From NCBI GenBank assembly GCA_951406725.2, contig OX597816.1:81220001-81284000 (forward strand): DNA of 64,000 nucleotides, read 5' to 3'. Source of the DNA: Octopus vulgaris (lineage: Eukaryota). Under the pieces are notes generated by a model. That model made no database searches and was not told where the DNA came from. It was given only the letters and a program-made list of their open reading frames with translations. The translations under genes were made by a program, and so were the position numbers. Positions 27,599 to 41,079 of the stretch are shown piece by piece (position 1 is the stretch's first letter; every line of letters begins with the position of its first letter).

Positions 27599-28811
27599 CT
27601 CACAAAAAATAGTTTTCCTTTGATCGTATTCAAAATACTCCAGAGACCACGTAGCTAAGAAAACAACACATGTAACATGCTTGTATTTCACAACTTATTT
27701 TCAATTTTGCGTTTGTTCATGTTACAATTTCTTTGTTTTGTTTTCTCGTAGTTTTCTTCGTCTAACAACTTTTTTCTTTTTGTAAATAATTACACTTTGA
27801 ATGTTGTTACTGTTGCAATTAATGATGTTAATTCTTTCTCTTTTTTTTGCTATTTTGATGTTCGTGTTGTGATTATTGTTGTGGTTGTGTGTTTTATTTG
27901 CTAGTACCGGCTGTTATTGTTTTTTTTATAGGGCTTCTTTGTTGTTGTTTTTTTTTTACGTGTAGTCGTTGGAAATAACAATGTTGATGGTGGTGTTAAA
28001 AAACACACGTACACATAGGTTAAACAGTGGTAGTACTTGTTGGTGTTACAGCTCACTACCAGCGTCAGTAAACTATATTACTAATTTCCACCGGTACACA
28101 AGGGCAAACCAAACTACTTTCGGTAGAAAAGGATGCGTGTGCTCAACGAAGTAGCTTCGCTGTCTGGATGGATCGTTCAACTAATGAGTTAATGAATGTA
28201 GAACACACGCATGCAAGGAGATTTGAAGCGATGGGCAGACAGGTAGGCAGGTAGGTAACATAAACAGGTAAAGCAACCAACCGGCTTTCACATTAGTCAG
28301 TTAAGTTATGTTTTCATTTGATAGCCATGAAGACACGCGTGTTATTATATACCCCACTACCAGTTTACGCAAATGTGTGTGAGTGTGTTGGTAATATTTA
28401 CAACAGAGAGGAAGTAGGGGCAATAACAAATAAGAACTTCCAGCAAGCAATCTTATTAAGTGGCGTCAATTAAGAGATGGGCGAAATGGTTGATGAAAGA
28501 GAGAGAGAGAGAGGGGGGGTAGGGATGGAGGAAGAATAATTAGCAAAAATGATGAGAATATTGGAAGCAGGTGGTTTTTAAAAATAAAAAGGTGAGGGGA
28601 GAAATAATGAGTAAAGAAGAAATGATGAAGTAAAAAGGGATTGAAGCGTAAACAGCACACACCTATACAACTAAAAATACTAATTCTAAAACGAGAAACA
28701 CATCAATGAGTGAAAAAGAAAATGGAAGTTTTAAGCTGAATTAGTTTTAGTTACCGAAAATAAATATGGGAATTAAAAAAAAAATTGTGGGATAATAATA
28801 ATAATAATAAC

Positions 28812-28848
<37 letters not shown>

Positions 28849-29629
28849 TTAATAATAATAATTAATAACAATGATGATAAAAAAATTGCAGGGATGGGTG
28901 ACAGAGTTTGTGAACGTTGAGAGAAGTGATTCGGGTCGGAGAGAGAGAGAGGTAGTGTGACTAAGTTGGTGAAATGTAAAAAGAAACCTAAACATCAAAA
29001 GCAGTTGCTTAGTGTGTGGCGAGAGGGGGGGTATGGGTGCGCGCGCGCGCGAATGTGCCTATGTGTAGTAAATGCAGAAGATAATGTGTGGGTGTACAAC
29101 TATCTCTACAAGAGCGAGTTCAGTGTGTGCTTAAGTGAAATTAGTATGGAAATTCAAGAGAACACATGTACCTGTTTGTGTCAATTTTGGAAAAGCGTAT
29201 TCGCTTCAATGTGTGCGAATGTACGTGCTAATTTGTATATATGTATATATATGTATATAACTATGAGTAATATTCAGATGTGAAAAGGTGTAAGAATTTA
29301 GAGTATGTATATGCACGAGCGTTTGTGTGTGTGTGTGTGTGTGTGTTTAAGTGTGGAGTAAGTGTGTGATTGTTAGTCAAATATGTGTGAGAGTAGAGAA
29401 TGTGTATGTTTGTGTGTATGAGTGTATAAAGATCAGTGTATGAGAGGCATAGTATATATGTGGGAGAAACGAACGTGTCGGAGTCTGAGAAAATGTTTCG
29501 TTGGAATGAGAAGTGAAAACAGGAATGTGTGTATATTTGTGAGTATAAAGAAAGTGTGTGTATGGGCGAGTGTGTGTGCGTGTGTATGTATATATGTATG
29601 TATGTTTACGTATGTATGTATGTATATAA

Positions 29630-29685
<56 letters not shown>

Positions 29686-30344
29686 GAGAAAATGACTAGA
29701 TGCGTGTATGTTCGCGCGAAGAAACTTCAGTTTTGATTACAATATACAGAAGTGCTGTTAAGTGAAAGACACAGCATGTGAGGGAGAAGAGAGCTTGTGC
29801 AAAGTAAGAGTGTATAGGAAGAGAGAAAGAGTATGAGAAGAGTAAAACTGTTCAACAGACAGAATTTGAAAGGGAACGCAATTTTTTTCAATACCTAAGC
29901 GTGTGTGTGTGTGTGTGTATAGTATGGGTCTATGTGTATATTATAATGAAAGTAAGATTGTGTATGAATGTGTCTTTCTCAGATACTTTGTGTTTTGTAA
30001 GGAAAGTGAAAAGACTGTTTGAGAGAGGCAGATAACTTTTGTAGGAGAAGTATCAGCGTGAGTGATGGCGTGCGTGTGAGTGTAAGAGGCGAATAGAAGA
30101 GAAGAGAGATAAGGAAAGAGAGAGACGGAAGGTGACAAAGGTAAATTGTTTGAGTAGGTGTGAGGGGTGGGGTGGGGTGGTACAAACGTTATAAAAGGAG
30201 GAGTGAGAGTTTGAAAAATTTGGTGCAGAAGAGTGATGAATGTCAGGTTGAAAGAGAATATATCTTTTAATGTGTGAGAGCGGAGAAAGTTTTACTTGAG
30301 GAAATATGAGTAAGAGAGGAATCCAAGAGAAGTGATGTCCGTCG

Positions 30345-30358
30345 AGGAAGGAGAGAAA

Positions 30359-30423
<65 letters not shown>

Positions 30424-30521
30424 GAAAGAAAGAAAGAAAGAAAGGAGGAAAGGCGGAAGGAAAGAAGGAAAGAAAGAAGGAAGGAAAGAAGGAAAGAAAG
30501 AAGGAAAGAAAGAAGGAAGGA

Positions 30522-30589
<68 letters not shown>

Positions 30590-30728
30590 AGGAAGGAAGG
30601 AAGGAAAGAGAGAAAGAAAGAAAGAAAGAAGGAAAGAAAGAAGGAAAGAAAGAAAGAAAGGAAGGGAGGCAGGAAGAAAGAAAGAAAGAAAGAAAGAAGG
30701 AAAGAAGGAAAGAAGGAAAGAAAAAAAG
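30345..30728. repeat. (GAAA)n/(GGAA)n polypurine tract
   Basis: About 380 bp, almost entirely purine on the + strand. Confidence 0.95.
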
Positions 30729-31569
30729 ATGTTACTGGAGAGGAGAAAAGGGATGTAAGGGAGAGAGGGGATAAAAATAGGTGGAAGTGATGTGAGGGGA
30801 GAAAGGAAAGAGTTTGTAGGTTATGACAAGGGGAATGGGTAGAGTAAGATAGAGAGACAGTGTGATACGAACGGTGCGTTGAAATCAAATGAAAGTGTGC
30901 TTCTATATGAAGGGGCGAAGGGAAGAAATGATAAAAGTGAGAGAAAGCTTAAGGATAGCAATGAATAATAAACTTGAAAGTAAAAGAGACAAGTAAAATA
31001 AATATTATAGTGAGAGGACGAAGAAGAACAGGGGGGGGAGGAATGGGTGAAAAAAAAATGTGGAGAGTTAAGGGGAGGAAGAGAGCTTTTAAGTTTAAGA
31101 GCAGAGAGGTGGAAGGAGAGAATGCGATAAAGGGAAAGAAAAAGAAAGAGAGAGAGAGGGGAGAATATGAATGTATATGAGAAAGAGAGAGAGGGGAGAG
31201 GATGGGCGGGAGGCAGCCGGTGAGAGAAGGAAACAGATGGAGAGGGATCGGTAGCTCGGAAATATATATCTTATTGACTGGGGTGTAAAGAGCAAGTGTG
31301 AGAGAGGATGAAGAGAGATGTTATATTTTTTTTCAAAGGAGGAAGAGTGAGAGATACTATTTTTATAAAAGGAATGAGAGAAATATCGTTAAAACGTAAA
31401 AATAATAAGGACGGTGAGTTGGTTCGATAAGTGTAGGAGTAAGAGGGGTGGATATATATATATATATATATATATCGAACGTTGTAGATAGTAGAGAGAA
31501 AAAGGTTGCCGGAAGGTAAAATTGGAAAGGAAACACGGTTTCTCCGTTCGCATTGAGTGTGCTAGCGTG

Positions 31570-31625
<56 letters not shown>

Positions 31626-31718
31626 ATTATTGTGCAATACGTGCTATAGCTAAGTTACATGTCGTACGTACGCTGTGTGTGCGTGTGTGTATGTGCTTCA
31701 TGCGTATCCTTGCGTGCG

Positions 31719-31765
<47 letters not shown>

Positions 31766-32890
31766 TTGTGATTGAATTATGACACGGTGGTTGTCGTACG
31801 TGTATATACTCTAAAGTGAAAATGTATTTGTTAGATATTTACAGTGCGTATCGTTAGTATGAACATTTCGGTGTATCTTCTCTTCATTCGAAGCATAAGT
31901 TAACCGTATATGTTTTGTTTATATTATATACACACTGGTGTGCATGTATGTTAAAGAGGAAAGAGAATAGACCTCCTAGCCAGTTCTCTATTTCGCAAAC
32001 GTAAACAATGCGTAAGTCTGGTGTGAAAACGGATTCTAAAGTCGGTATTAAATAATGATGGATTACACAATTTATTATAGCATAATACTAAGAAAATGAA
32101 GCTGCTAGTAGGTATATGAGTATAAATATTCGCATTTAAGTATCGACCTACAAACTCTTAGTCTGAAAAAAATAGACAACTAAATTCGTTTACACCGTGC
32201 CGGTTAATGATGCTCGTTCAAATTGTTTACAAAATATTTCACGCTTTATGGGAACAATGTAAGCCGACAGTAAAATGTAAGAAATAGTTATGGGAACTCT
32301 TTCATGAATTTTAAACTGATATAAGTTAGACCTTTAGTATTAGTTGGAAAACTTACAGGCCTTCAGTTCCCCTTTAAAACACGGATTGTTGAAAATTAAT
32401 TTCTTCTATCACAAATCATTGAATTACTAAAGATATATTTCAATCATCCCATTAAACAAAAACAGCTGTGAATTCCCTGTTATTTCTTAGATTTTTAAAA
32501 GTTAAGAGTCATATATATAATTATATCATATTGATTTCTAACGGAAGAGGTTAGATAGATTGTTATAACATTTGTGCTGTTGAAGGAACTGTAAATAAAG
32601 TGAAATGCATTCAGCTAGGAATCGAAACCCCAAGTCAGAGACTCAGTTGCTGTGAATTTACCTCTCTGTTCTACAGTTCTCTATTCTACGTGTACAAAGC
32701 ATGTATTTACATATATAAACGTGTTTTAATGAGTTTATATAACTATGTCAGATTTAATGAGTTTGATTCTGTGTCTGGCATGTATGTATATGTTTGCATA
32801 TGTTAAATTTCGTGAAAGAGTAAAAATGAAATTATCTTATGTTTGTTTATATACCTGTAGGTTAAGTACAGGCGTGTTTCAGGGCTAATG

Positions 32891-32950
<60 letters not shown>

Positions 32951-33516
32951 TAAATTTATATGTACGTTAAACAGTATATAAATGTGTTTGTTTATATTTT
33001 GAACTTATCGATAAAGTTTGTCTATTTATCTTCTTTACAAATTTTTTTAATATTTATCTGTCGTTTGAATCCGCATGAGTGAGTGTATATGTGTGCGTGT
33101 GGAGGTATGTAGGTATGTATACACTGACCGGTTTAATATATATATATTCACTATTTATGTCTTTGTGCATGCATGTATCTATATGTGTGTGTATGTGTGT
33201 ATGTGTGTGTGTGTGTGTGTGTGTGTTGAGTTAGTTGTTTGCAGTCGACATTGCTGTCGTCTGTTTTTGAACAAATGAAACGATGGTCGAATTATCAATG
33301 ACAAAAGAAACTGTCAAACCAAAAATATCTGTAAACTGGTCAATACGTCTCTTTTCTTATCCTCGACTCCTTGGCTATTCTTACTCTGGTAATTCTTTGA
33401 ATTATTCTCGGTCATGAAAACTTTTTGTCCTTTCGCCTTCCGACTCATTTGTTTTTTTTTGTTTTTTTTCTGCACACTCGCTTTCAGACTTCCCCACACT
33501 TCTCTCTCTCTTTCTT

Positions 33517-33554
<38 letters not shown>

Positions 33555-33952
33555 CTCTCTCTAAGTGCCCCCTCTCGCTCGGTCTCTGGGTGTCCTTGTA
33601 AATTACTCTTCTCCTACCCCACTTCTCTCTACTTTCACTCCTTTTTCCCTTTTCTCTTTATCTGTCTTTCCCTCATCCTCTCGCTCTCCTCTTTCTCCCT
33701 CTCCCTCCTCTCTCTCTCCATCTCTCTCTCTCGCTCTTCTTCTCTCTCTCTTCCTCTCTCTCTCGCTCTCCCTCTCTCTTCCTTTCTCTGTGATTTTATT
33801 TCTCGTTAACCTTTTCGTAACTGAACCATTACACGCATTACGCTTTCTATTTGTCATCGCCTTTTTTATGGCTTATATTATCTTTCCAATACTTCCTTCT
33901 TTCTTATTGCCTCATTTGTATTTTTGGTTTGCTCCTCTCTCTCTCTCTCTCA

Positions 33953-33988
<36 letters not shown>

Positions 33989-33990
33989 TC

Positions 33991-34026
<36 letters not shown>

Positions 34027-34969
34027 ATATATATATATATATATATTCCCTACTCTTTTCTAACACATTCATCTTTCTCCTCTCTCTCTCTCTCTCTCTT
34101 TCTCTCGTCTTCCTTTAATATATTCCACTGTTTCTCTTTATTTTTTAACTGTCCCTTTCGATTTGCATTTGTTATTTATAATTTTTTTTTCCTTATCTTT
34201 ATGGCTTCTACTTCTCTTGGTAACAACCTGTAATCAAAGGCGAAACTATTCTTATGGTTGTTGTTTTTCAAGAAAGAAAATCCGCTTCATAGTTCCACTT
34301 GTTGCAAATATCGAACAAACAACGTCTTAACTAGAAATATTAGGATTTACCATCTCAAGCGAGTTTTCCTTGAAACTTCATTATCATAACTACATCAAAG
34401 AGAATTCCTATTTGGTGCTAGGAAATACTTCAGCTCTGAGCAAAGTGCTGACTGTCTACAAAGCTAATATATAAACCCCACAATGGAGTTCTACTCTCTT
34501 ATCTAGACTGGTGCATTTCCATCGAAATCCTTTAATAAATAATGATGTAGTCGCTCTTCCCTTTTGAGACCCTTTGGAAAGCTTTCCATATTGGTTGATT
34601 CTGTGTATTTTAGAACGAAACTGTTTCATCACTAGACCATTGCTACACTACCAGACTACATAAAAACATTTAGAAGACCGTCACCTGTCTCAGCAATCTT
34701 TAGCTAAAAATTCCATTACCACTCAACATTAAAATAACACCATTTCGAAAAGCACTACAACTCCCACTTGATTCAATCAAACGCAACAAACATATAAACC
34801 AAAATGATAATAAAAACATGGTTACCACACGAAATCCTACTTTATCGTTGTGTTTCTAACTACGTATATAATGAACGAGTCATTAAGAAAGCCTCTATGT
34901 AACAGAGGCTTTACATGCTAGAAATAGCAACGGAATCTCCTACCCATCTTACCTTACTAAGTTTTTCTT

Positions 34970-35175
34970 TTTCTACTATGGGCCTGAAATTTGTTAGGAA
35001 GCAGGTTAGTCAAAAACATCAACCCCGGTGTTCAGCTGGTACTTATTTTATCGACCCCAAAAGATGAAAGGAAAAGTTGACCTTGACAGAGTTTGAACTC
35101 ACAACATAAAGCCAGAAGAAATGCTGATAAGCATTTTGCCCGATGTACTAACGATTCTACCAGTCCGCCCCCTTT
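34970..35175 (-). mobile_element. SINE family C
   Basis: CTGGTACTTATTTTATCGACCCC...GCATTTTGCCCG...AACGATTCT matches 1920-2122. Confidence 0.7.
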
Positions 35176-35198
35176 GTACCACTGTTTTTTATAAGGAA

Positions 35199-35594
35199 CT
35201 AGCAGTATTGCCCGGCGTTGCTCGGGTTTGTAAGGGAAATAACTATATAAGCATTTTTAGAGAGTTATAGCCAAAAAATAGCAAAAACATGCATTAAAAA
35301 TGGAAAAAAAATTATGGTAATTTTTTTTTAAATCGTTGACTCATCGTAGACATTTTTAGAGAGTTACTTCCCTTATATAATAGCGAAAACATGCATTAAA
35401 ATGGAAAAAAATTATGGTAATTTTTTTTTTAATCGTAGACTCATCGTAGACGCGCGCTAATACCCAGAAGGGCTCGATATGAATCACGACTATAAGATAC
35501 CCGGTTTTGGTTAAACTGCACCGCAAAATGTGGGAGTAGTTAGGAATCTAAATCGTAGGAGACAGACACACAACTTCACTTTTATATATAAAGA
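35199..35594 (-). mobile_element. Non-autonomous Helitron (same family as 54354-54750)
   Basis: Reverse complement has the same TC...hairpin...CTAG ends and A|T site, a near-identical 5' ~150 bp and an internal tandem duplication. Confidence 0.85.
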
Positions 35595-35850
35595 TATATT
35601 ACACAAATCTATGGTGTTGGATCTCTTTCGTTCGACAATAAGGATTCGGTTGTTCGGGGATAGTCAAAGATGGAATCTTGTTAGTCTGCTTAAGGAACGT
35701 AAATTTTAGTATTTGAGTTTGTTATAGCTATGGCATAGCTACAGTTAAATATCTGTGAACCATTGTTGTTGAACAAGTAAAATGTTGATAATGTGTGTGT
35801 GACATTATCAAATAAATAGCTAAATGATCTTGTTTCAGAGAATATTTAGA

Positions 35851-35896
<46 letters not shown>

Positions 35897-36480
35897 CAAC
35901 AGCACCGACCCGACCCAAATATGTCAGCAGTCAGTATTTTCTGACCCTGAAGCGGGAGTCTAGTCTTTATAATGCAGTATACGAAATGTATATCTGTAAA
36001 ATCACTATGAGAGATGTCGGAGATTAGTAGTACTTGACTTATTTAATTTATATGTAAAACAAACTTGCCAATAACGGAATTTAAAGTGAGAACGTAAAGA
36101 CACATAATATTTGTCTGTATATTTGTAGTAATCATTAAATTTTATTTTCTCATCAGTTATAAGTCATTGAAACTGTTCTAAGAAAATGGGCGTTTATCAC
36201 AACTTTATTGCGAAGGCCATTTCATACTAACATTAGATTTTTATCCCTGTAATTTTCCTATTTAACTCTAACAGTCCATTCTTCATCAGTTGTAACATTT
36301 TTAGCAGCCTGTTTGCGGCGTCAGGCACCCATACATATACATATAGAGAAATGTAATATGTGACAATTATTCGGTAGCCATAATATAACTCCGAGCTTCG
36401 GATGTCGGGGTGGAAATCCACGCCGTCATCTCTTCAGTTATCCGGCCATCGAAAAAAATGCTATGAAATGCTATACTGAT

Positions 36481-37290
36481 GGCTTATGAGCAATTTAACA
36501 ACCTAAAGGCAAATTTATAGACGTCACTAAAGTGACAGAGGGTTCTAAGTAGTACCAGCATTGCTAGAAATAAGAATGAAAACAACTCAATAGCCACAGA
36601 AGCATTATCTTAATAACTGACGTGGGAAACAATCTCCCTAACGGACATAGCCAGATCACCGGTGATTTCGAATTTTAATGCTAAATGTCTTAATTCTAAT
36701 TGGTAGCTCTTATTGCACTTAAGGTTAAACTCAACTCACCTTGTCAGTTTATAAGAAATTCATTGAACTCATGCGCTGATTTCAAAAACGATAAAACTGA
36801 AAGCTACAAATGATATGGGTGGCTTGTTAGCAATTTAACAACCTAAAGGCACATTTATAGACGTCACTAAAGTGACAGAGGGTTCTAAGTAGTACCAGGT
36901 TTGCTAGAAATAAGAGTCAACTCAATAGCTACAGAAGCACTATCATAATGGTTGACAAGGGAGGCAATCACCCTAGCGGTTCTTAAATTGCTAATAAGCC
37001 ACCCATATTATTTGTAGTTTTCACTTTTACCATGTTTTAAATCAGCGTATGAGTTCAACGGATTTCTTATAAGCTGACAAGATGAGTTGAGTTTACCTCC
37101 AGGCGCAGTAATGAGAATTAAGAAGCTTTAGCATCAAAATTCGAAATCACCGGTGACCTGGTTGTCTGCTAGGGAGATTGTCTCCCTTGTCAGTCATCAA
37201 GATAGTGCTTTTGTGGCTATTGAGTTGTTTTCATTCTTATTTTTAGCAATACTGGTTCTACATAGCACCCTCTGTGTGTAAAGACGTCTA
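36481..37290. mobile_element. 340-bp unit as ~1.5 tandem copies plus an inverted copy; PLE/retrozyme-like
   Basis: GGCTT..AGCAATTTAACAACCTAAAGGC at 36481 and 36821 (period 340); ~36982-37290 is the reverse complement of ~36517-36838. Confidence 0.75.
36649..36708 (-). ncRNA. Degenerate type I hammerhead motif
   Basis: Minus strand: AGCTA-CCAATTA-GAATT-(17 nt)-AATTC-GAAA-TCACCGGTGA-TC-TGGCT. All three helices are in register and helix III is palindromic, but the core differs from CTGATGA at 3 of 7 positions. Confidence 0.55.
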
Positions 37291-37759
37291 CACACACACA
37301 CATATATATGTATGTAAGTATGTACAACATATATATATATATATATGGTCACTTTGTTTACAATATATTGCTGGCTGGAGTGGACCCTGGCTATGGGTCT
37401 GGCCACCAGGTACTCGCGACTGAAGACGAACCAACTTGCTCGAAACTGAGTCAGTCTCATGATCCTGCTGTCTGCTAGAGGATACTGGAGGTAGCAATAT
37501 ATATGTATATACAGGGTGCAGCGCCGCACCGATAACCAGCTGGAAGAAGATCTGCCTGGGGTTAAACTAGAAGTAACATGAACAGCCACTTTGATGTGGC
37601 GATTAACTTTACTGATATGAGATGCAGGGGCAAAATCCTTTGGGTAGGAGTTAACACCATCCTTCCTGTGTATGCATGAAACATTTTTGCGCTGAAACAT
37701 TTTTGCATCAGTTCCTCGCCGTTATGCCAAAAGTAGTGCGCGCGCGTGGGATTTTCGTT

Positions 37760-38260
37760 TTCAAAGAACGCATCGTGCAGTGATATTTAATCAAGTTTTA
37801 CCAACAAAAGCTTGGCGATACTTAAACCATCTAGAAATTCAGCTGGCCTTTGGCGATGATGCCATGGGCAAAGCTGAGATCAAGGGGTGGTACAACTGCT
37901 TCAATGGCCACGTAGAAGCAGAGAACGAGGCACGCTGAGGTAAAGTCAAAACAAGGGGCTGATTGAGAAGGTTCGGTGAATAGTATGGGAGACTGCTCAC
38001 CAAGTGGGAAAATCCACAGGATCAGTGCATTCTATTTTAACGGAGGATATATGCATGCAAAGAGTGTCGGCGAAATTCGTCCCCAAGGTGTTGAAGGAGC
38101 GGCGTAAACAACTTCGTGTGAAAATCGCTCAGGACATGCTGGACTGTGCAATCCACGACCCAGACTCTTCATGAAGATCATCATCACTGTTGATGAGACA
38201 TGGGTTTATGATCTGTGCTCAATGCGTTCGGTCATCTGGCGTGAAAACGAAAATCGAACG
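37760..38260 (+). mobile_element. Mariner transposase remnant
   Basis: AFGDDAMG..EIKGWY, RVSAKFVPKVL, KIIITVDETWVY in broken frames. Confidence 0.8.
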
Positions 38261-39615
38261 AGCATGTCTACGCACCTCCATGCTTCATGTCGAAGAAGTG
38301 GCCAAAGACCAGCCTAGCTGTGAATGTGTTGGTCGCGATGCCTTTCCTGCGCCCCTGTTCTGGGTTCCTATCTGGATCTCCCACTGGTCTAGACTTCTCT
38401 GTCATTATTTCCCTATTAGACCTTGTTCATTCCAATCTCATAGCACTTTTCAGAGCGTGCTATCCACCACGGCTATTGATAATTTACTCTCTCAACTCCC
38501 GCTTAACTAATTTGTTAATCCGGTCTCTGTAAGCTTGGCACGCCGAAAAAATGCGTTTAGCTCTTCCAGTTACTGGTCCCTGCTTATGAAGTTCATCTAG
38601 GGCGTCCAACAGTTCACAAATTAGTGGTCTGTGTAGCCGGTGGTTTTGAATTGTGCACAAGCTACGCTATCTATATCTGCTGGCCTACAGAATATCATAT
38701 TTAGATACGATCTGGATGACCCGATGCTGCTTTCTCATGTCTATATTGGCACATTCAGTAAATCCAGTCAGTACTCGTCAATCAGTTGAAAATGACCGTG
38801 AACTTTTGGGGGAGCTTTTTATACCCCAGTTTCCTATCAGCTAATTCCACGCAATTCAAACTTACATTAAAGATGTCTATAGTAGAAGCCTCCTCTTCTC
38901 TGCATTTTGTTGAAGATAGAAAGCTCTTAAGTGGTTTTCAGCACTAAACAAATGGCACCTTGGCATTCTACCTTCAATTGCAACCATTGGGCAGGAGGAT
39001 AATGTCTGGGGTCTTTTCACCATCTTCCGGTTTGATCTAGAGGGATGTGTCACTGTCCTCTTAGACAATATAGGCCAGAATCCACCGGATTTCAGACGTG
39101 GAGGAACTTACTCTATTTTAACGCAACAGGTTCTTCTTCTCAAATATTTTGGGTAAAGGGTGAGTTCCCAGTTACGTATCGAAACTATAGAGTGTCTTAG
39201 TGCGTGAGTTTTGCTTTTGAAAAGGATAGCCAAGCTCTCAAACTACTTTGTCCTAATTACTTTTTATGTGTCTGTTTATATATCTTGAGAATTTTTTCTA
39301 CGTGGGTGTGGGCTGCTGATTCTAGGCATTGGTTGTTTTGCTGACTCACAGCGATAATGCACTGTACTGATTCCGGGCAGTTGCTGCCAAAACCTCAGCT
39401 GCGGTTGCAGCTTCCGTTTACCTTCACTTGTTTTGTCACCTGCGTCAGGTGTGCATTCTTGTTGTTTAGGGAGATTGCGAAATAGTTTGCCACTATACCA
39501 GCAAATGATTTCCTGCCCATGTGGTCACCACTACCATTTACTTTGTCGACGTTGTTGTTGTTGCTGCCACTGCTACTGCTGTTGCCGTTGCTTTTGCTTC
39601 AGCAGCTCGTGCTGT

Positions 39616-40178
39616 CTTCTTCTTCTTCTTCTTCTTCTTCTTCTTCTTCTTCTTCTTCTTCTTCTTCTTCTTCTTCTTCTTCTTCTTCTTCTTCTTCTTC
39701 CAGTCAGGACTCATGCCATTAGCCACAAAGAATAATCTCTAATTCGAGCCTACTCTAAGCTACTAAGAATGCGTGTGGCAACTTGATGATCCACCCACCA
39801 CACGCGATAGACTGGCGGTTGCACCGGAGCGAAAGCTACGTTGTTATCCTCATTCCGTAAACGGTGGCTTTTAACGGATGGAGAGCTGAACCATCCTGGG
39901 ATACAGAGGTTTCGCAATCTAGACTAGGGTCTGAAAGTTTTACCACACCATAGTGGGTTACACCATGGTTCCTCTGCTTTGTGGAAGAAGTAGGAAGAAA
40001 GAGTGAGAGAAAGTTGTGGTGAAAGAGTACAGTGGGGTTCAAAACCACCCCGCCGGAGCCTCATGGAACTTAGGTGTTTTTGCTCAATAAACACTCACAA
40101 TGCCCGGTCTGGAAATCGAAACTGTGTTCTTACGACCGCGAGTCCGCTGCCCTAACCACTGGGCCATTGCGCCTCCAC
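39616..40178 (-). mobile_element. tRNA-headed SINE-like element (family D) ending in (GAA)n
   Basis: Minus strand GGAGGCGCAATGGCCCAGTGGTTAGGGCAGCGGACTCGCGGTCG...GTTTCGATTTCC head; ~400-bp body; (GAA)n tract at 39616-39700. Confidence 0.55.
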
Positions 40179-40654
40179 CGTGCTGTTGTTGGTTGTGTTG
40201 GAATTTTCATTGTTAAAAACGTTGCCCTTACTATTACTACCGTTATTATTACCGTTGCGGGTATTATTATAGATGTCATTATTGTTGTTCTTGTGCATGC
40301 ACTGCTTCTTACAGCTACCCTGGATGGATGTCGTATTAGAAAGATGGGAAAGCTAATCTCCAATATTGAGATTGGTAGTGGGTATGAGTCATTCCTCCTG
40401 CTACTTCGTCACTGAATCTGATACAAGGTATTATTGACTCCATAATTCCAGCTGAAGAACAAAAACAGATGAAAGCAGATGAATTTATTCAAAAATTGCG
40501 CCCTAAAGGACACGATTTGGTAATTCCCTTCATCAAGCAGTTCGGTAGAATCTTCATTCAAAGTTTTAACAAAAATTCAAAACAGTAAACGAAGTGTTCT
40601 CAACAAAATTTAACAAACCTTCGGGGGCCAAATACAATGCACAAGTACCACAAA

Positions 40655-40662
40655 CGATAACG

Positions 40663-40739
<77 letters not shown>

Positions 40740-40759
40740 AAGAAGAAGAAGAAGAAGAA

Positions 40760-40821
<62 letters not shown>

Positions 40822-40853
40822 CAATGATGATGATGATAATGATGATGATGATG

Positions 40854-40914
<61 letters not shown>

Positions 40915-40930
40915 CGATGATGATCATGAT
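40655..40930. repeat. Compound trinucleotide array (TAA)n(GAA)n(GAT)n(TAA)n
   Basis: Direct inspection. Confidence 0.95.
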
Positions 40931-41079
40931 CAGGATCTGGATGATGACAATGATAGTTTCTTTTATTTGCCTCTAGGGCGACGGATGACAGAGGCAAACA
41001 AAGCACGACTCTAAAACAATGAGTATAAATATGCAGGTTATGCAAATAATAATTGATGATATTGATTGTGCAAGTCGTC

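Noticed and set aside
30292-30888. KKER-repeat and FLSF-repeat ORFs
   Set aside because: Translation of the (GAAA)n tract.
36616-36642. CTGAC..GGGA.ACAATCTCCC hairpin as a plus-strand hammerhead
   Set aside because: Not followed by GAAA in any of three copies; the opposite-strand fold fits much better.
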